The notes below the pieces were generated by a model, which was not told where the DNA came from, did not search any database, and saw only the letters and a program-made list of their open reading frames with translations. 64,000 bases of DNA from an uncultured Chloroflexia bacterium (GTDB lineage: Bacteria > Chloroflexota > UBA6077 > JACCZL01): the NCBI GenBank assembly GCA_963765765.1, contig CAVXYC010000023.1, forward strand, positions 352,001 to 416,000, given 5' to 3'. A program made the translations under genes and the position numbers. This document shows positions 41,951-52,403 of the stretch, piece by piece. Position 1 is the first letter of the stretch. Every line of letters starts with the position of its first letter.

Positions 41951-42736
41951 ATGGCAACCGAAACGTCTGAGCTGCTTTACACGACCGAAGGGCCGTTGGC
42001 CTTCGTCACGTTCAATCGCCCCGAGGCTCGCAACGCGATGACCTGGGGCATGTACGACCGCCTCTACGAATTGTGCGATGAGATCGACGCCGACCCGGAC
42101 GTCCGGGTGGTGATATTTCAGGGAGCGGGCGATCGCGCGTTCGTCGCCGGTACTGATATCTCACAGTTCCAGTCCTTCTCGGAAGAGCGCCACGCACTGG
42201 AGTACGAGGAGCGTATCGAGCGCATCCTTAGTCGACTCGAAAGTCTTGCCCGTCCAACCATCGCGCTCATTCGCGGCTATGCCGTCGGCGGCGGCCTGGC
42301 CATCGCGGCCAGCTGCGACCTGCGCTACTCCACACCCTCGGGGAAGTTCGGCGCCCCCGTGGCCCGAACGCTGGGCAACTGCATGGCTATCGGCAATTTC
42401 GCGCGGCTCACCGACTTGATCGGTCCGATGCGTACCAAGGAGCTGCTCTTCACCGCGACATTCGCCGACGCGCAGCAAGGCCTGAACCTCGGCCTCATTA
42501 CCGAAGTGGTGGAGCCCGACCAGATCGAGGCGCGCGTACGCGAAGTGGCCACGCTCATCGCCGAAAACGCCCCGCTCACCGTCCGCGCTACCAAGGAAGC
42601 CGTCCGCCGCCTCGCCGAGCACCGCCGCCCCGGTGGCGGCGAGGACATCATCCTCTCTTGCTATATGAGCGAAGACTTCAAAGAAGGCATGACGGCGTTC
42701 TTGGAGAAGAGGCCGCCGGCCTGGAAGGGCCGCTAG
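41951..42736 (+). CDS. Enoyl-CoA hydratase/isomerase
   Basis: NRPEARNA, FVAGTDI, AVGGG, EGMTAFLEKR. Confidence 0.92.
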   Translation: MATETSELLYTTEGPLAFVTFNRPEARNAMTWGMYDRLYELCDEIDADPDVRVVIFQGAGDRAFVAGTDISQFQSFSEERHALEYEERIERILSRLESLARPTIALIRGYAVGGGLAIAASCDLRYSTPSGKFGAPVARTLGNCMAIGNFARLTDLIGPMRTKELLFTATFADAQQGLNLGLITEVVEPDQIEARVREVATLIAENAPLTVRATKEAVRRLAEHRRPGGGEDIILSCYMSEDFKEGMTAFLEKRPPAWKGR

Positions 42737-42740
42737 GCAA

Positions 42741-42816
42741 AAAGACCTAAGAGACGGCAAGGACATAAGGGACATATGGCGATCGTCGCAGATGTCCCAT
42801 CCGTCCCATAGGTCCC
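42741..42816. repeat. GGAC/GTCC ~9-nt periodic palindromic repeat
   Basis: AAAGAC..AGAGAC..AGGAC..GGGACAT / ATGTCCC..GTCCC..GTCCC. Confidence 0.55.
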
Positions 42817-42835
42817 GGAGATTGGAGAATCCCTT

Positions 42836-43826
42836 ATGACCTTGACCCTCACTCTCGGGTGTGGAGACTACGACCGCACCTCCGCTCTCCGCACGGGGGA
42901 GGTGCGCCCGGAAGGCATTGAGCTCAACTATCTATCTTTTGAACCTGAAGAGGTCTTCTGGCGGATGGTTCGCTACCGCGAGTTCGATGTCTCGGAGCTT
43001 TCGCTGGGAAGCTACATCGTTCGCCGCTCCAAGGGCATTGACGATCTCGTGGCGATCCCCGTCTTCCCGTCCGCGGATGTTCCGACACTGCAGCATCTAC
43101 GTTCACGCGGGCGCCGGAATTCAGGAGGCGAAGGATCTTGTCGGGAAGCGCATGGGTGTGCCGGAGTATCAGATCACCGCGGCGACCTGGGCGCGCGGCA
43201 TTCTGGAGCACGAGTTTGGCATTCATCCGCGTGACGTAAGCTGGCACACGGGCGGGCAGCGCGAGCCGGGCCGCGTGGAAAAGCAGCATATCAATGTGGG
43301 TGAAGGTATCCACATCGAGTCATTGCCCGAGGGCCACACGCTGGATCAAGCGATCGCCGCGGGCGAGATCGATGCGCTCATTGCACCTCGGCACCCGTCC
43401 ACGTTCATGGACGGTAGCGGCCGCGTGAAGCGACTGTTCCCCAACTTTAAGGAGCTGGAGCAGGACTGGTATCGACGCACCGGCATCTTCCCGATCATGC
43501 ACACCATCGCCATTCGCAAGGACATCCTTCAAGCGAACCCCTGGGTAGCGCGCTCTCTGATGAAGGCGTTCGAGGAGGCCAAGAAGCGCACCTTCGTGAC
43601 CACTCCGGCGCTCTCCGCGCTAAAGGTAAGTCTACCGTGGCTCATGGATGAGTGGGAGCAGACGGAAGCGCTCATGGGCAAAGACTTCTGGCCCTACGGG
43701 GTGGACGCGAACCGAGAGAACATCGCCACCCTGATCCAGTACTCGTATGAGCAGGGGCTCATCGATCGGGTGCTCGGAGTAGATGAGTTGTTTCCGGAGT
43801 CGACGGGGGAGAACTACAAGATCTGA
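42836..43826 (+). CDS. 4,5-dihydroxyphthalate decarboxylase-like protein, frameshift near 43072
   Basis: GDYDRT, FDVSELS, PVFP.RMFRH, GVPEYQITA, GIFPIMH, DFWPYG. Confidence 0.85.
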
Positions 43827-43899
43827 CCTCAGACTGACTTCGATCGCGTATGGATATCCAGATATAGCTGGCTCAAGATCGCATGTGGGGCGGAGTTTG

Positions 43900-44173
43900 A
43901 TGCCCAAGGTACTGGTCAGTCTGGACGCGCAGCTCCTCGAGCGCCTGGATCGAGAGGCGCGTGAGCGAAGGGTATCCCGAAGCGCGATGCTCGCTGAGCT
44001 CGCTGCCAAAGGGCTGGGAGAGCCGCACTGGCCCGGGAGCCCGGCCCGAATCGCGCCAGCCGCTGGAGCGAATTAGAGCGATGTTTACCGAGGCGGGGAT
44101 CGCCGAAGACTCCACTGCCGTGATCCGCGCCATGCGGGATGAGCGGTCGGAACACTATGCACGCCGAGGGTGA
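43900..44173 (+). CDS. RHH (CopG-like) antitoxin, frameshifted
   Basis: KVLVSLDAQLLERLDREARERRVSRS..DSTAVIRAMRDER; overlaps PIN gene start. Confidence 0.75.
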
Positions 44174-44576
44174 ATGAGCTCGTTTTGGACGCCTCGGTCC
44201 TGGTTAAGTGGTTCAAGTCCGCTGGTGAGCAACATTTCGCGCCGGCGCGCGACCTCTACGATCGTTTCAGTCGCGGCAAGCTGGTTGTTCTCGTGCCCCC
44301 ACTGGTGTTTCTCGAGCTGCTGAACGCCGCTGCCCGTGGGTGGCGATGGGGAAACCTATCAGCTCGAGACGTTTTGCCGGCGATCTTGAGCTTCTCGGCC
44401 TGGAGGTCCGCCAACCGGCTCTGGTCCGCGTCGCTCATTGGTGCGCTCGAGGTCTCACGGCTTACGACGCCGCCTATGTCGCACTTGCGGAGGAGCGGCG
44501 CACCGTGGTCGTAACCGAGGATGAGCAAATCATCACGGTGGCCGGGGACCTCGCTCGGACGCTTCGTAAGGTGTGA
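44170..44576 (+). CDS. vapC: PIN-domain (VapC) toxin, frameshifted
   Basis: LVLDASVLVKWF, E..N, LTAYDAAYVALAE, VVTED. Confidence 0.85.
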
Positions 44577-44652
44577 CGTCGGAGTACCACTTCGCCCTTC
44601 GGCGTAGGTGAATTCCTGTTCGTTCCGCCGAGTCCTCGTACAATCGTCTGCC

Positions 44653-46119
44653 ATGTCCGGGACACCAACGCTTCTTCTCCGACCTTACACGACCGCCGAT
44701 CACGATGCCGTCATGGAGGTTCACCGACTAGGGCTCCAGAACGCCGGCCGAGATCCTGAGCCGGGGCCCTGGGATGCTGATCTCGGGCATATAGAGGATT
44801 ACTACCAGCGAGCTGGCGAATTTCTGGTGGGTGAGTGTGACGATCGTATCGTCGCGATCGGGGGGCTGCGCGTCCTGCCCTCGGGTGTTGGAGAGCTGAA
44901 GCGCATGCGCATCCACCCTGAGTATTTCGGACGAAGCTACGATCAAATGCTCCTCGATACGCTAACCGACCGCGCGCTGGCGCTGGGGGCGAATCGACTA
45001 TTGTTGGACATCGATGAGCGACGCGTCCCCGCGCAAGAGCTTTACGTCCGCAATGGCTTCGTTCGTCAGGGCACGCTGGTGGTGGGTCGCACTCCGAGCA
45101 TCATCTTCGAGAAGCCGCTCGATGCTGAAAACACCGACGATCTCGATGCGCTCCTGGGCAAAACCCTCATAGAGGCAAATCTCAGCGGGATCGCGGTGGC
45201 CTGGCGGCGAGCCCACGTGGATCCCGTCATCAAGATAGTGAGCAACGATATTCACGGTGCTCCACTCACCACTGACGCTCTGTACCCAACAGCGTCGCTC
45301 ACAAAACTCACCGTCGCGTTAGCGATACTGAGACTCGTTGACCAGGGTGCACTTGATCTCGATGCGCCTCTGAAGCACGTTCTTCCCGAGGCAGCCGCCG
45401 AACGAGCTACGCTGCGCAGCTTGCTCTGCCATACGGCCGGGCTGCCAGAAATGCCGATGGTCACGGTTGGAACCTGGCGGGAGATTGGCCCATCATGCTT
45501 GACCACCCCACCCGAGCATGAGCCCGGCACTCGGGTGCTCTACAGCAACCAGGGATACGGGCTGCTGGGTATTGCGCTGGAGCGCGTGACCGGGCGACCC
45601 TTCGGCGAGGCGCTCCGATTGCTGGTGATCGAGCCGCTTGGTCTGGATGCGCACGTGGCAGATGCGCTTCTACGCCGGCCAGTGCAGGGCTGGAAGTTCA
45701 GGGTGCTTCCCGCCGGCGGCGTGTTCATGACGATAGAGGCGGCCTTGATGCTCGTTGAAGCCTTCAAGAATCCACCGATCGGGTTTCTCAGCGAAGCGCT
45801 TGTCTCCGCCGCGACCACCGACCAGACGGGCGGTGTGCCTGGCGGGGTGAGCCCGCGGATGCAATGGACGAAGTGTCCTTGGGGCCTAGGTCCCGAGATC
45901 CACGACGATCGCTATTCACTCTGGATCCCGCGCTCAGCCGGCGCTTCGTCCTTCGGGCACGCCGGTGCCAGCGGCTGCGTTGCCTGGTGCGACCCAGAGG
46001 TCGACGTCTCCTGGGCCATCCTGACGGTACCGCCAAGCGATCGCTCCGCAGACATCCGTTGGCACCTTCAAAGCCGCCCGAATCTAGCGGATATCGGCGA
46101 AGCAATCCTCACTCAATAG
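44653..46119 (+). CDS. GNAT acetyltransferase fused to serine hydrolase (beta-lactamase fold)
   Basis: GELKRMRIHP..LYVRNGF (GNAT); SLTK, LLCHTAG, YSN, FGHAG (serine hydrolase). Confidence 0.85.
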   Translation: MSGTPTLLLRPYTTADHDAVMEVHRLGLQNAGRDPEPGPWDADLGHIEDYYQRAGEFLVGECDDRIVAIGGLRVLPSGVGELKRMRIHPEYFGRSYDQMLLDTLTDRALALGANRLLLDIDERRVPAQELYVRNGFVRQGTLVVGRTPSIIFEKPLDAENTDDLDALLGKTLIEANLSGIAVAWRRAHVDPVIKIVSNDIHGAPLTTDALYPTASLTKLTVALAILRLVDQGALDLDAPLKHVLPEAAAERATLRSLLCHTAGLPEMPMVTVGTWREIGPSCLTTPPEHEPGTRVLYSNQGYGLLGIALERVTGRPFGEALRLLVIEPLGLDAHVADALLRRPVQGWKFRVLPAGGVFMTIEAALMLVEAFKNPPIGFLSEALVSAATTDQTGGVPGGVSPRMQWTKCPWGLGPEIHDDRYSLWIPRSAGASSFGHAGASGCVAWCDPEVDVSWAILTVPPSDRSADIRWHLQSRPNLADIGEAILTQ

Positions 46120-46148
46120 CAGAGCCGCATCCCGTAAGGGTGCGGTCC
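46117..46148 (+). repeat. REP-like unit
   Basis: TAGCAGAGCCGCATCCCGTAAGGGTGCGGTCC. Confidence 0.75.
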
Positions 46149-46213
46149 CTCAGTGAACGCTCCGACTCCGGCAACATTCATCAACCAGCCTCCTCGGAAG
46201 TCCCTCAGCTTAG

Positions 46214-46828
46214 CTACCGATAGCTCGCCTGGGTCTTCACCGCACCGTCCCATTCGCTCACTGGTGAGGCGTGCCACGCCCAGTCGGCGCCCACACGCGG
46301 ATGGCCTGGAAGATCGGCGCGGCCGGTTGCCCACTGCAACGTTTGCCACGGGTCTGTGTCTGCCGGAGCCCAGGGAAATAGACGAGCCAGCACCTGGCTT
46401 ACCAGATCCGCGGGTGGATTGAACTCGAGACCCATGCCCCGCGCCACGTCATGCGTGTGTACGAGCATTTCAATGCAGCCCATGGCAACGTAGCCATCGC
46501 GATCAGAGCGGCCGAATGTATGGTATCCGCGTGTCTCAGGCGACGCCGCGCGCGCTACCTGGCAGAGCACGGCCGCGCGAAGCTCCACGATGTGGAGGAG
46601 ATCCGCGGGCGTGCATTCCGGGTGGCTCACCAGCTGGAAAGGCAGTCGCTTGGAATCAGGGCCGGCGAGATAGAGCGAGTACCGGTCCAATGCATGTCCG
46701 ACGTGCTCCATGGTAGTTCGGCAATCCCAGTCCAGCCCACCGGCGCGTGTGGACCAATCCGCCGAGACAACCGGTCCAAGTGCCCCCAGCATGGCCTCGG
46801 CAGCATGCCGTGCGATTTCAGGCTGCAT
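46214..46828 (-). CDS. MDMPI-N/DinB-superfamily protein
   Basis: AGGLDWDCRTTMEH, EMLVHTHD, RLFP, LQWATGR. Confidence 0.8.
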   Translation of the reverse strand: MQPEIARHAAEAMLGALGPVVSADWSTRAGGLDWDCRTTMEHVGHALDRYSLYLAGPDSKRLPFQLVSHPECTPADLLHIVELRAAVLCQVARAASPETRGYHTFGRSDRDGYVAMGCIEMLVHTHDVARGMGLEFNPPADLVSQVLARLFPWAPADTDPWQTLQWATGRADLPGHPRVGADWAWHASPVSEWDGAVKTQASYR

Positions 46829-47013
46829 CGTTTCTCCCTTGATTGCGGACGTTGTGATGCCTCTGTGACGTTTTTCCCGCTTGAGTCAGGAACGTAATGT
46901 GCCCGCGATGCGCTTGTTATGGAATGTGGGACTCCCGAAGTGGTTGGGCCCTCGAATTCTATTCCAGGCAGCGTACGCCGAAAGGCGGATCAGACTTACC
47001 ACAGGGGGTGGAC

Positions 47014-47250
47014 ATGAGTCTGCACCGAAGATCGAATACCGCGACGCAGGGAAGCTGGCTTGCGATAGCCGCCATGGCTATTGCCGCTCTCGCGGTGGTC
47101 CAGCTTGTTATTGGCTCCAAGCCGATTGTCTGGCTACTGGTCGCCTGCGTGGCAGTCTGGGGCTTACTGGCGCAAGCTAGTCGTTCGGAAGACTCCAGGC
47201 CGATTCGCATGCGGCCCAGCTATCACCGCTCTCGCCCGGCAGGCCGTTAA
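47014..47250 (+). CDS. Small two-TM membrane protein
   Basis: GGGGTGG RBS, two hydrophobic helices. Confidence 0.5.
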   Translation: MSLHRRSNTATQGSWLAIAAMAIAALAVVQLVIGSKPIVWLLVACVAVWGLLAQASRSEDSRPIRMRPSYHRSRPAGR

Positions 47251-47348
47251 CTCGAGACCTGGAGCCCACGCGACCGTTCTCAACCGTCGCGTGTTACGCG
47301 TACAATGGCAGCGATGTCGGCTCCGTCACGCCGCTTCAGGAGCTATGC

Positions 47349-47570
47349 ATGATCTCCGTCTACTTGCGCAATGGTGATCTGGCCGAAGTGAATGCCGAGT
47401 CGATCGAGACGCGAAGCTGGGCGCTAGCCGACGGCAGCCAGCTCAACAGCGTTGTCTGTCTCGACGCTGCCGGTAGCATTGTGGGCCAATTCGTGATGGA
47501 TCAGATCACCGGCTGGGCGTTGAGCGAGGAAGATGACATCTTCAACTTCGATCCCGACGACGATGATTAG
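47349..47570 (+). CDS. Small acidic hypothetical protein
   Basis: AGGAG RBS; beta-rich pattern with acidic tail. Confidence 0.6.
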   Translation: MISVYLRNGDLAEVNAESIETRSWALADGSQLNSVVCLDAAGSIVGQFVMDQITGWALSEEDDIFNFDPDDDD

Positions 47571-47627
47571 AGTCGGTCCGAGCCTCCTCGCGTGAGTTGA
47601 CGGCGGGCTAGTTCGGGAATCAAGTAA

Positions 47628-47659
47628 GGGACCGTACTCTCACGGGATGCGGCGCTGCT
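47628..47659 (-). repeat. REP-like unit (diverged)
   Basis: Reverse complement AGCAGCGCCGCATCCCGTGAGAGTACGGTCCC. Confidence 0.65.
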
Positions 47660-47692
47660 CCCCAGTTAAGTCGTGCTGAAAGACTCCAGATC

Positions 47693-48391
47693 GTGCGATC
47701 ATCCCTAGACCCTTCCGTATTGACATTTGATTGCTTCGGTACGCTTATCGACTGGGAGCGGGGCATTCTGACTGCGCTCCAGCCGATTCTGCGGGCGCGT
47801 TCGATCAGCCTGGACGATGACGATGTGCTGGAGCGGTTCGCTCCGCTTGAGGCGGCAGCCGAGGCCGGTCCGTACCTTACCTATCGCGCGGTGCTCGGGC
47901 AGGTAGTTGACGGGTTTGGCGAACAGCTCGGATTCGCAGCCACGCAAGCTGAGCGTTACGCGCTCAGCGAGTCGGTACCCTCGTGGCCGCCGTTCGCCGA
48001 CACTGGCCCAGGACTGCGCGCGCTCAAGACTCGATTCAAGCTGGCGGTCATTACCAACTGCGATACCGATCTGTTCGCCGCCACGGCCAAGCAGTTCCCC
48101 GTCTCATTCGATGAAGTCATTACTGCTGAGCAGGTGGGCAGTTACAAGCCGTCCAGGAAGAACTTTGAAGTAGCTTTCGAGCGCCTGGGCGTCCCCCGCG
48201 AGAATATTCTCCACGTCGCGCAGAGCCTGTATCACGATATAGCCCCAGCACGTGAGCTTGGCCTCACCACCGTTTGGGTCAATCGCCGAGGGAACGCCTC
48301 TGGCAGCGGCGCTACGCCGCAAGCAGCGGCGACGCCGGACTACGAGGTGCCCGACCTTCGATCGCTTGTGGAGCTCCTGGGCCTGCTTTAG
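47693..48391 (+). CDS. HAD-superfamily hydrolase (haloacid dehalogenase type II-like)
   Basis: FDCFGTLIDWE, SYKP, HVAQSLYHDI. Confidence 0.9.
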   Translation: MRSSLDPSVLTFDCFGTLIDWERGILTALQPILRARSISLDDDDVLERFAPLEAAAEAGPYLTYRAVLGQVVDGFGEQLGFAATQAERYALSESVPSWPPFADTGPGLRALKTRFKLAVITNCDTDLFAATAKQFPVSFDEVITAEQVGSYKPSRKNFEVAFERLGVPRENILHVAQSLYHDIAPARELGLTTVWVNRRGNASGSGATPQAAATPDYEVPDLRSLVELLGLL

Positions 48392-48414
48392 GCGCGAACT
48401 GTCGTAGCGCCCCG

Positions 48415-49706
48415 TTACACCGGCGCTAGCATGCCCTCGCGGTGCTGCTCCAGGAAGCGTTCGAAGTTTCCGTGCTCGGAGACCGCGTCGTACGATCGGA
48501 TGCTGTAGACGTCCCCGTTGTAGGGCGCCATGGGGGCCTTGCCTTCCTTCAGATCCTTCGCCATGCTAAGCAGCCGCCGTCGGACCGAGATGATGGCCAG
48601 ATCCGATGTCCCTAGACGCTCACGCGTACGGTCCATGACTCGGCCCATTCCTTCCGTCATCGCTCGATCCTGTGTCGGCACTCGGAAGATACCTGTGTAA
48701 TTGCGCGTGCGCTGCATCTCGCGGTCCATCAAGTAATCATTCGACTTCTTGGTCTGCGGATTCCAGATGGTGGTTACGCCGCCTTCAGGAAAGTGGACGG
48801 GGCCGTAATCGTTTTCCCGCTCCCATGCCTTTCCGTAGCCAAACGCCTCGTTTTCATCGTCCGTGATCGGTCGGTCGGCCCGGTAGCGGAAGCTGAATAC
48901 CGCGGTGTGGTAGTCATCGATCGGTACCCAGGCGCGACCCGTCACCGGCCAGCTTTTGTTCGCAATGATCGTGTGAAACGGCATGAGCCATTGCGTCACA
49001 CGCCAGTTGTAATTGCCATCATGCGTGTCGTACCGACCACCGTACGCCATGCCATAGTCCGTGTGATGCGTGGAGAGTCGCGGAGACTTGGTTGCCATGA
49101 CCTCAAACCGGCGGGAGGTCTGCATGAGCGTCCGGGTCGGTCGCCGAGTGGAGAAACATGCTGTGCGACGTATCGATGTCGCCTTCGAGTGCCTGCAGCC
49201 AATTGCAATCGGCCAGCCATACGATCACCGAAAGATGGCCATCTGGAACCAATGTCCACTCGAGCCGTGGAAGCTCGGGCTCGAGGTCCGGGGGGCCCAT
49301 GTAAATCCAGACCACTCCAGCTTGCTCTCTACCGGGGTACGCGGCTCACGCGGACCTTGTGCTTGAAGTTGCTCTCGAGTGGCTCATTGGGCATGTCCAC
49401 GCACGCGCCGGAAGTATCAAACTTCCAGCCGTGATAGACGCATCGGAGTCCTTCTTCCTCGTTACGGCCGAAGAAGAGCGAGGCGCCGCGATGCGGGCAG
49501 TTCTCAGCGACGAATCCTATCCTTCCGTTCGTATCGCGGAATGCGACGAGCTGCTCACCCAGAATTCTCACCCGGACTGGCGGCGCGTCCGGCTCTGGAA
49601 TCTGCCGCGAAAGAAGCGCCGGCACCCAGAAACGGCGCATCAGCGCACCCATAGGCGTTCCCGGACCAACCTGAGTCACAAGCGCGTTGTCTTCACGTGT
49701 CAGCAT
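48415..49706 (-). CDS. Rieske oxygenase alpha subunit (phthalate 4,5-dioxygenase/LigXa-like), frameshifted
   Basis: VGPGTPMG, CPHRGASL..CVYHGWKF, NWLQALEGDIDTSH..LH, QDRAMTEGMG, ERLGTSD. Confidence 0.9.
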
Positions 49707-49818
49707 GGCGTCCCCTTCGAGCCGCGGCTCGGAACAGTCAGTACTGGGAGCGTAGGGACTTCACCTATGCGAGTCAAGGCGAGAGGTCGACACTGCCACT
49801 GGCGCCCGATGTGATCCG

Positions 49819-50383
49819 CTAAGGCACGTCGGAGTAAATCGTATAGCCCTGATCTCGCAGCTCGTCATAAAGCGCCTCGAAGTCTGCTTGTCCCGTCGGG
49901 ATGACGCGTTCATCCGCGACGACGAGCGCTGCCTGCGCCCGCATCCCAGACGTAGCGTGTGTCGACGATGACGGCAGGACAGCAACGCGCATCCGTCGGC
50001 CCGTAGCGCGGCGCGATGATGCGCACATCCGGATGACTTTCACGATTGAGCCCTCGAACTGCCACTGTCGCGCTCCGCACGCCAGTGACACTGACCAATA
50101 CGCGACCGTCGTCAGGATCTCGTACCCAGTAGGACACACTGCAATTGGCTCCGCACCCACTTTCATACTGCACGGTATAGGCGTGGTTGATCTCCCAGCT
50201 CTCGCACGCCATCAACGCGGCGCAGCGACGCTCTGGCGGATCATCCTGGGCAGAGACGAGGCTAGCGGGAACGAGGGTGCCTGCCGCGAAAGCGAGAGCT
50301 GCCAGCAGCGTCAGAATGGCGACACGCAATGTGGGGGCGAACCTCCGGCGAGCGCTGGTCTGTGCGCACAGACCGACGCGCAT
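49819..50383 (-). CDS. Exported protein with D-x-x-CCP..YxW motif (LppP/LprE-like), frameshifted
   Basis: Signal peptide ending VSAQ; DARCCPAVIVDTRYVWD. Confidence 0.5.
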
Positions 50384-50481
50384 TTTCCAGAACTGGACGT
50401 CGTGGGAACAATCGATGGCGAGACGGCTGTTAGCGAATGCGCCGTCGATCTCGTTGCCTCTACATGGCGAACATAGAGGAG

Positions 50482-50890
50482 TTACCCCTTGAAGCGGCCT
50501 GGTCAGCCTCGGCGATGCCGGGCGGCTCATTACCTGATCCACGGCGTCGAGCAACACGTCAATATCAAACGGTTTGTGGATGAGCGTGGACGCACCCATG
50601 GAAACAGCCTTGCGTTGAGCATCCCGATCGGCGCTCACGACGATGAACTCGGGAGCTGGGCCATTCCCGGCGCGCAGAGCGTCCGCCACGTGGACGCCAT
50701 CATAGATTGGCAGCCCAAGGTCGAGAATAACCAGCGACGGCTGATACTGGGTGGCGCAATTCAGGGCTTCACGGCCGTCGGAGGCGCTGACAACGTTGTA
50801 CCCACGATCGTCAAGCATCCAGAGAATGAGTTGACAAATCACAGGATCATCCTCCACCACGAGAATGACATCCGGATCGCGCGGAGCCAT
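50482..50890 (-). CDS. Single-domain response regulator (receiver); 3' end approximate
   Basis: ILVVEDD, ILDLGLP..DG, VSA, KPF. Confidence 0.85.
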
Positions 50891-51337
50891 GGACACCTCT
50901 TCCCTCGTCCGATACAGCCTCGAATGCGCAGGATACGTACCACGCTAAGTAGCGGTACAGGATGCGGCCACAAACGAGTGCTGCCCGCCGATGGGGAAAG
51001 TCGGCGGGTTGCCTGGCGGTGGCTGGCGTGCGCTTCGAGTCACACTTCGTCGAGCAGTGATGCTCTGGCGAAGTGGATGCGGCTGACAGGTCGCGCGACC
51101 AACTTCGTGTGGAGGCCGCGGTCGCAGCCTTCACACGATTAGAACGCCGCGCCACACTCGAGGGGATGGCCCGTTTCAACGCACTTGCAATTGCTCTGAT
51201 AGTTGGAGGCGGGCACTGGCTTGGAGCTCCCTTTGTCGCTCACCGCGAGCACGCAGCAAACAGTGGCGACCAAGAGGCCCTGCGGCGGGTGCCACATCAG
51301 ACAGCCAACCCGCGGCGGGTCATAACGGGATCCGCAG

Positions 51338-51547
51338 CTATTGCTTCACCGCCTCTGGATCCCACTTCAGAGCGATGGTTCCGCCACAGTGCTCGTGACC
51401 TGGCTGAGTCCGATCGCACCCATAGGTGCGTGCGCACATCTGACACGTGACCTCGCCGGTCGACCCATCGTGAATTAACATCGACGCGTTGCAGTTCGAG
51501 CAGCTACCTGCAATGAGCGAAGATCCAGGGGTGGTGTGCCTCGCCAT
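51338..51547 (-). CDS. Small Cys-rich zinc-ribbon-like protein
   Basis: CSNC, CQMC, C..H.HCGG; AGGAAGG RBS. Confidence 0.55.
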   Translation of the reverse strand: MARHTTPGSSLIAGSCSNCNASMLIHDGSTGEVTCQMCARTYGCDRTQPGHEHCGGTIALKWDPEAVKQ

Positions 51548-52004
51548 GGTGGATTTCCTTCCTATCAGGGTGGATCAATAAACTCAGTCACGCCACCCGC
51601 TATGTTTGACTCAGGCTATTCGCTACTTCAGATATGGGCCGGCAACCGCGGGATTAGGACGTCCAGTTGTACTGGGTGTTTACCGTTGTACTTCGGAAAG
51701 CGGCGTTACGCGGAATATCATGCCGACTCGAACTGCCACCGAGGGGTTTCCGAAACGTGCGGGCCTTCACCCGGGCGACATAAGCCGCTTGATTGCTTTG
51801 GGCGGAACGATGCTAACAGAAAGTGCCTATCGAATTCGCCGGAAAGTAGCGTTGTAGCAACGTTCACTGAACATTCTTTACGTAACATAGGAGATGATGC
51901 GCCTGGGAGGCGCGCAATGCCATAGACTTCATAGGGAGACTGCCTATCGCGATGATCGTGAGGCTGCTCTCCTGTCCCCTAAAGTTTCCGAAGAGGTGCG
52001 CCAA

Positions 52005-52295
52005 TTGACCTACGTCATCGCCGAGCCCTGTGTCGATGTGAAGAACAAGTCGTGCGTCGATGTCTGTCCCGTGAGCTGCATTTATATCGAAGACGACACG
52101 GTCGACCGTACGCTGTACATCAATCCTGATGAGTGCATTGACTGTGGAGCCTGCGAGCCTGAGTGCCCCGTGAACGCGATCTTCGAGGGCAGCTCGTTGC
52201 CGGACAACTGGAGCGAATACGCTGCGCTCAATGCCCAGTGGTTTGAGGATAAGGACGCGGTTCGCGCGAGAATCGACGAGATAAAGCCAGCGTAG
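52005..52295 (+). CDS. fdxA: 7Fe-type ferredoxin
   Basis: TYVIAEPCVDVK..SCVDVCPV.CI..INPDECIDCGACEPECPV.AI; TTG start after GAGG. Confidence 0.92.
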   Translation: MTYVIAEPCVDVKNKSCVDVCPVSCIYIEDDTVDRTLYINPDECIDCGACEPECPVNAIFEGSSLPDNWSEYAALNAQWFEDKDAVRARIDEIKPA

Positions 52296-52325
52296 GCACC
52301 CATCGGCCGAGCCGATTCGTACCGA

Positions 52326-52366
52326 GCCACACCTGAATTTGCAGCGGATTTCAATTCAGGTGTGGC
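52326..52366. terminator. Hairpin between convergent genes
   Basis: GCCACACCTGAATT / AATTCAGGTGTGGC 14-bp stem. Confidence 0.6.
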
Positions 52367-52403
52367 CACGGCGGGATGCAATTCCGCTTACCGCAACGTC
52401 CGC

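Noticed and set aside
49910-50896. Receiver domain fused to an exported protein
   Set aside because: An internal signal peptide and an off-frame TAA at 50482 indicate two genes joined by an indel
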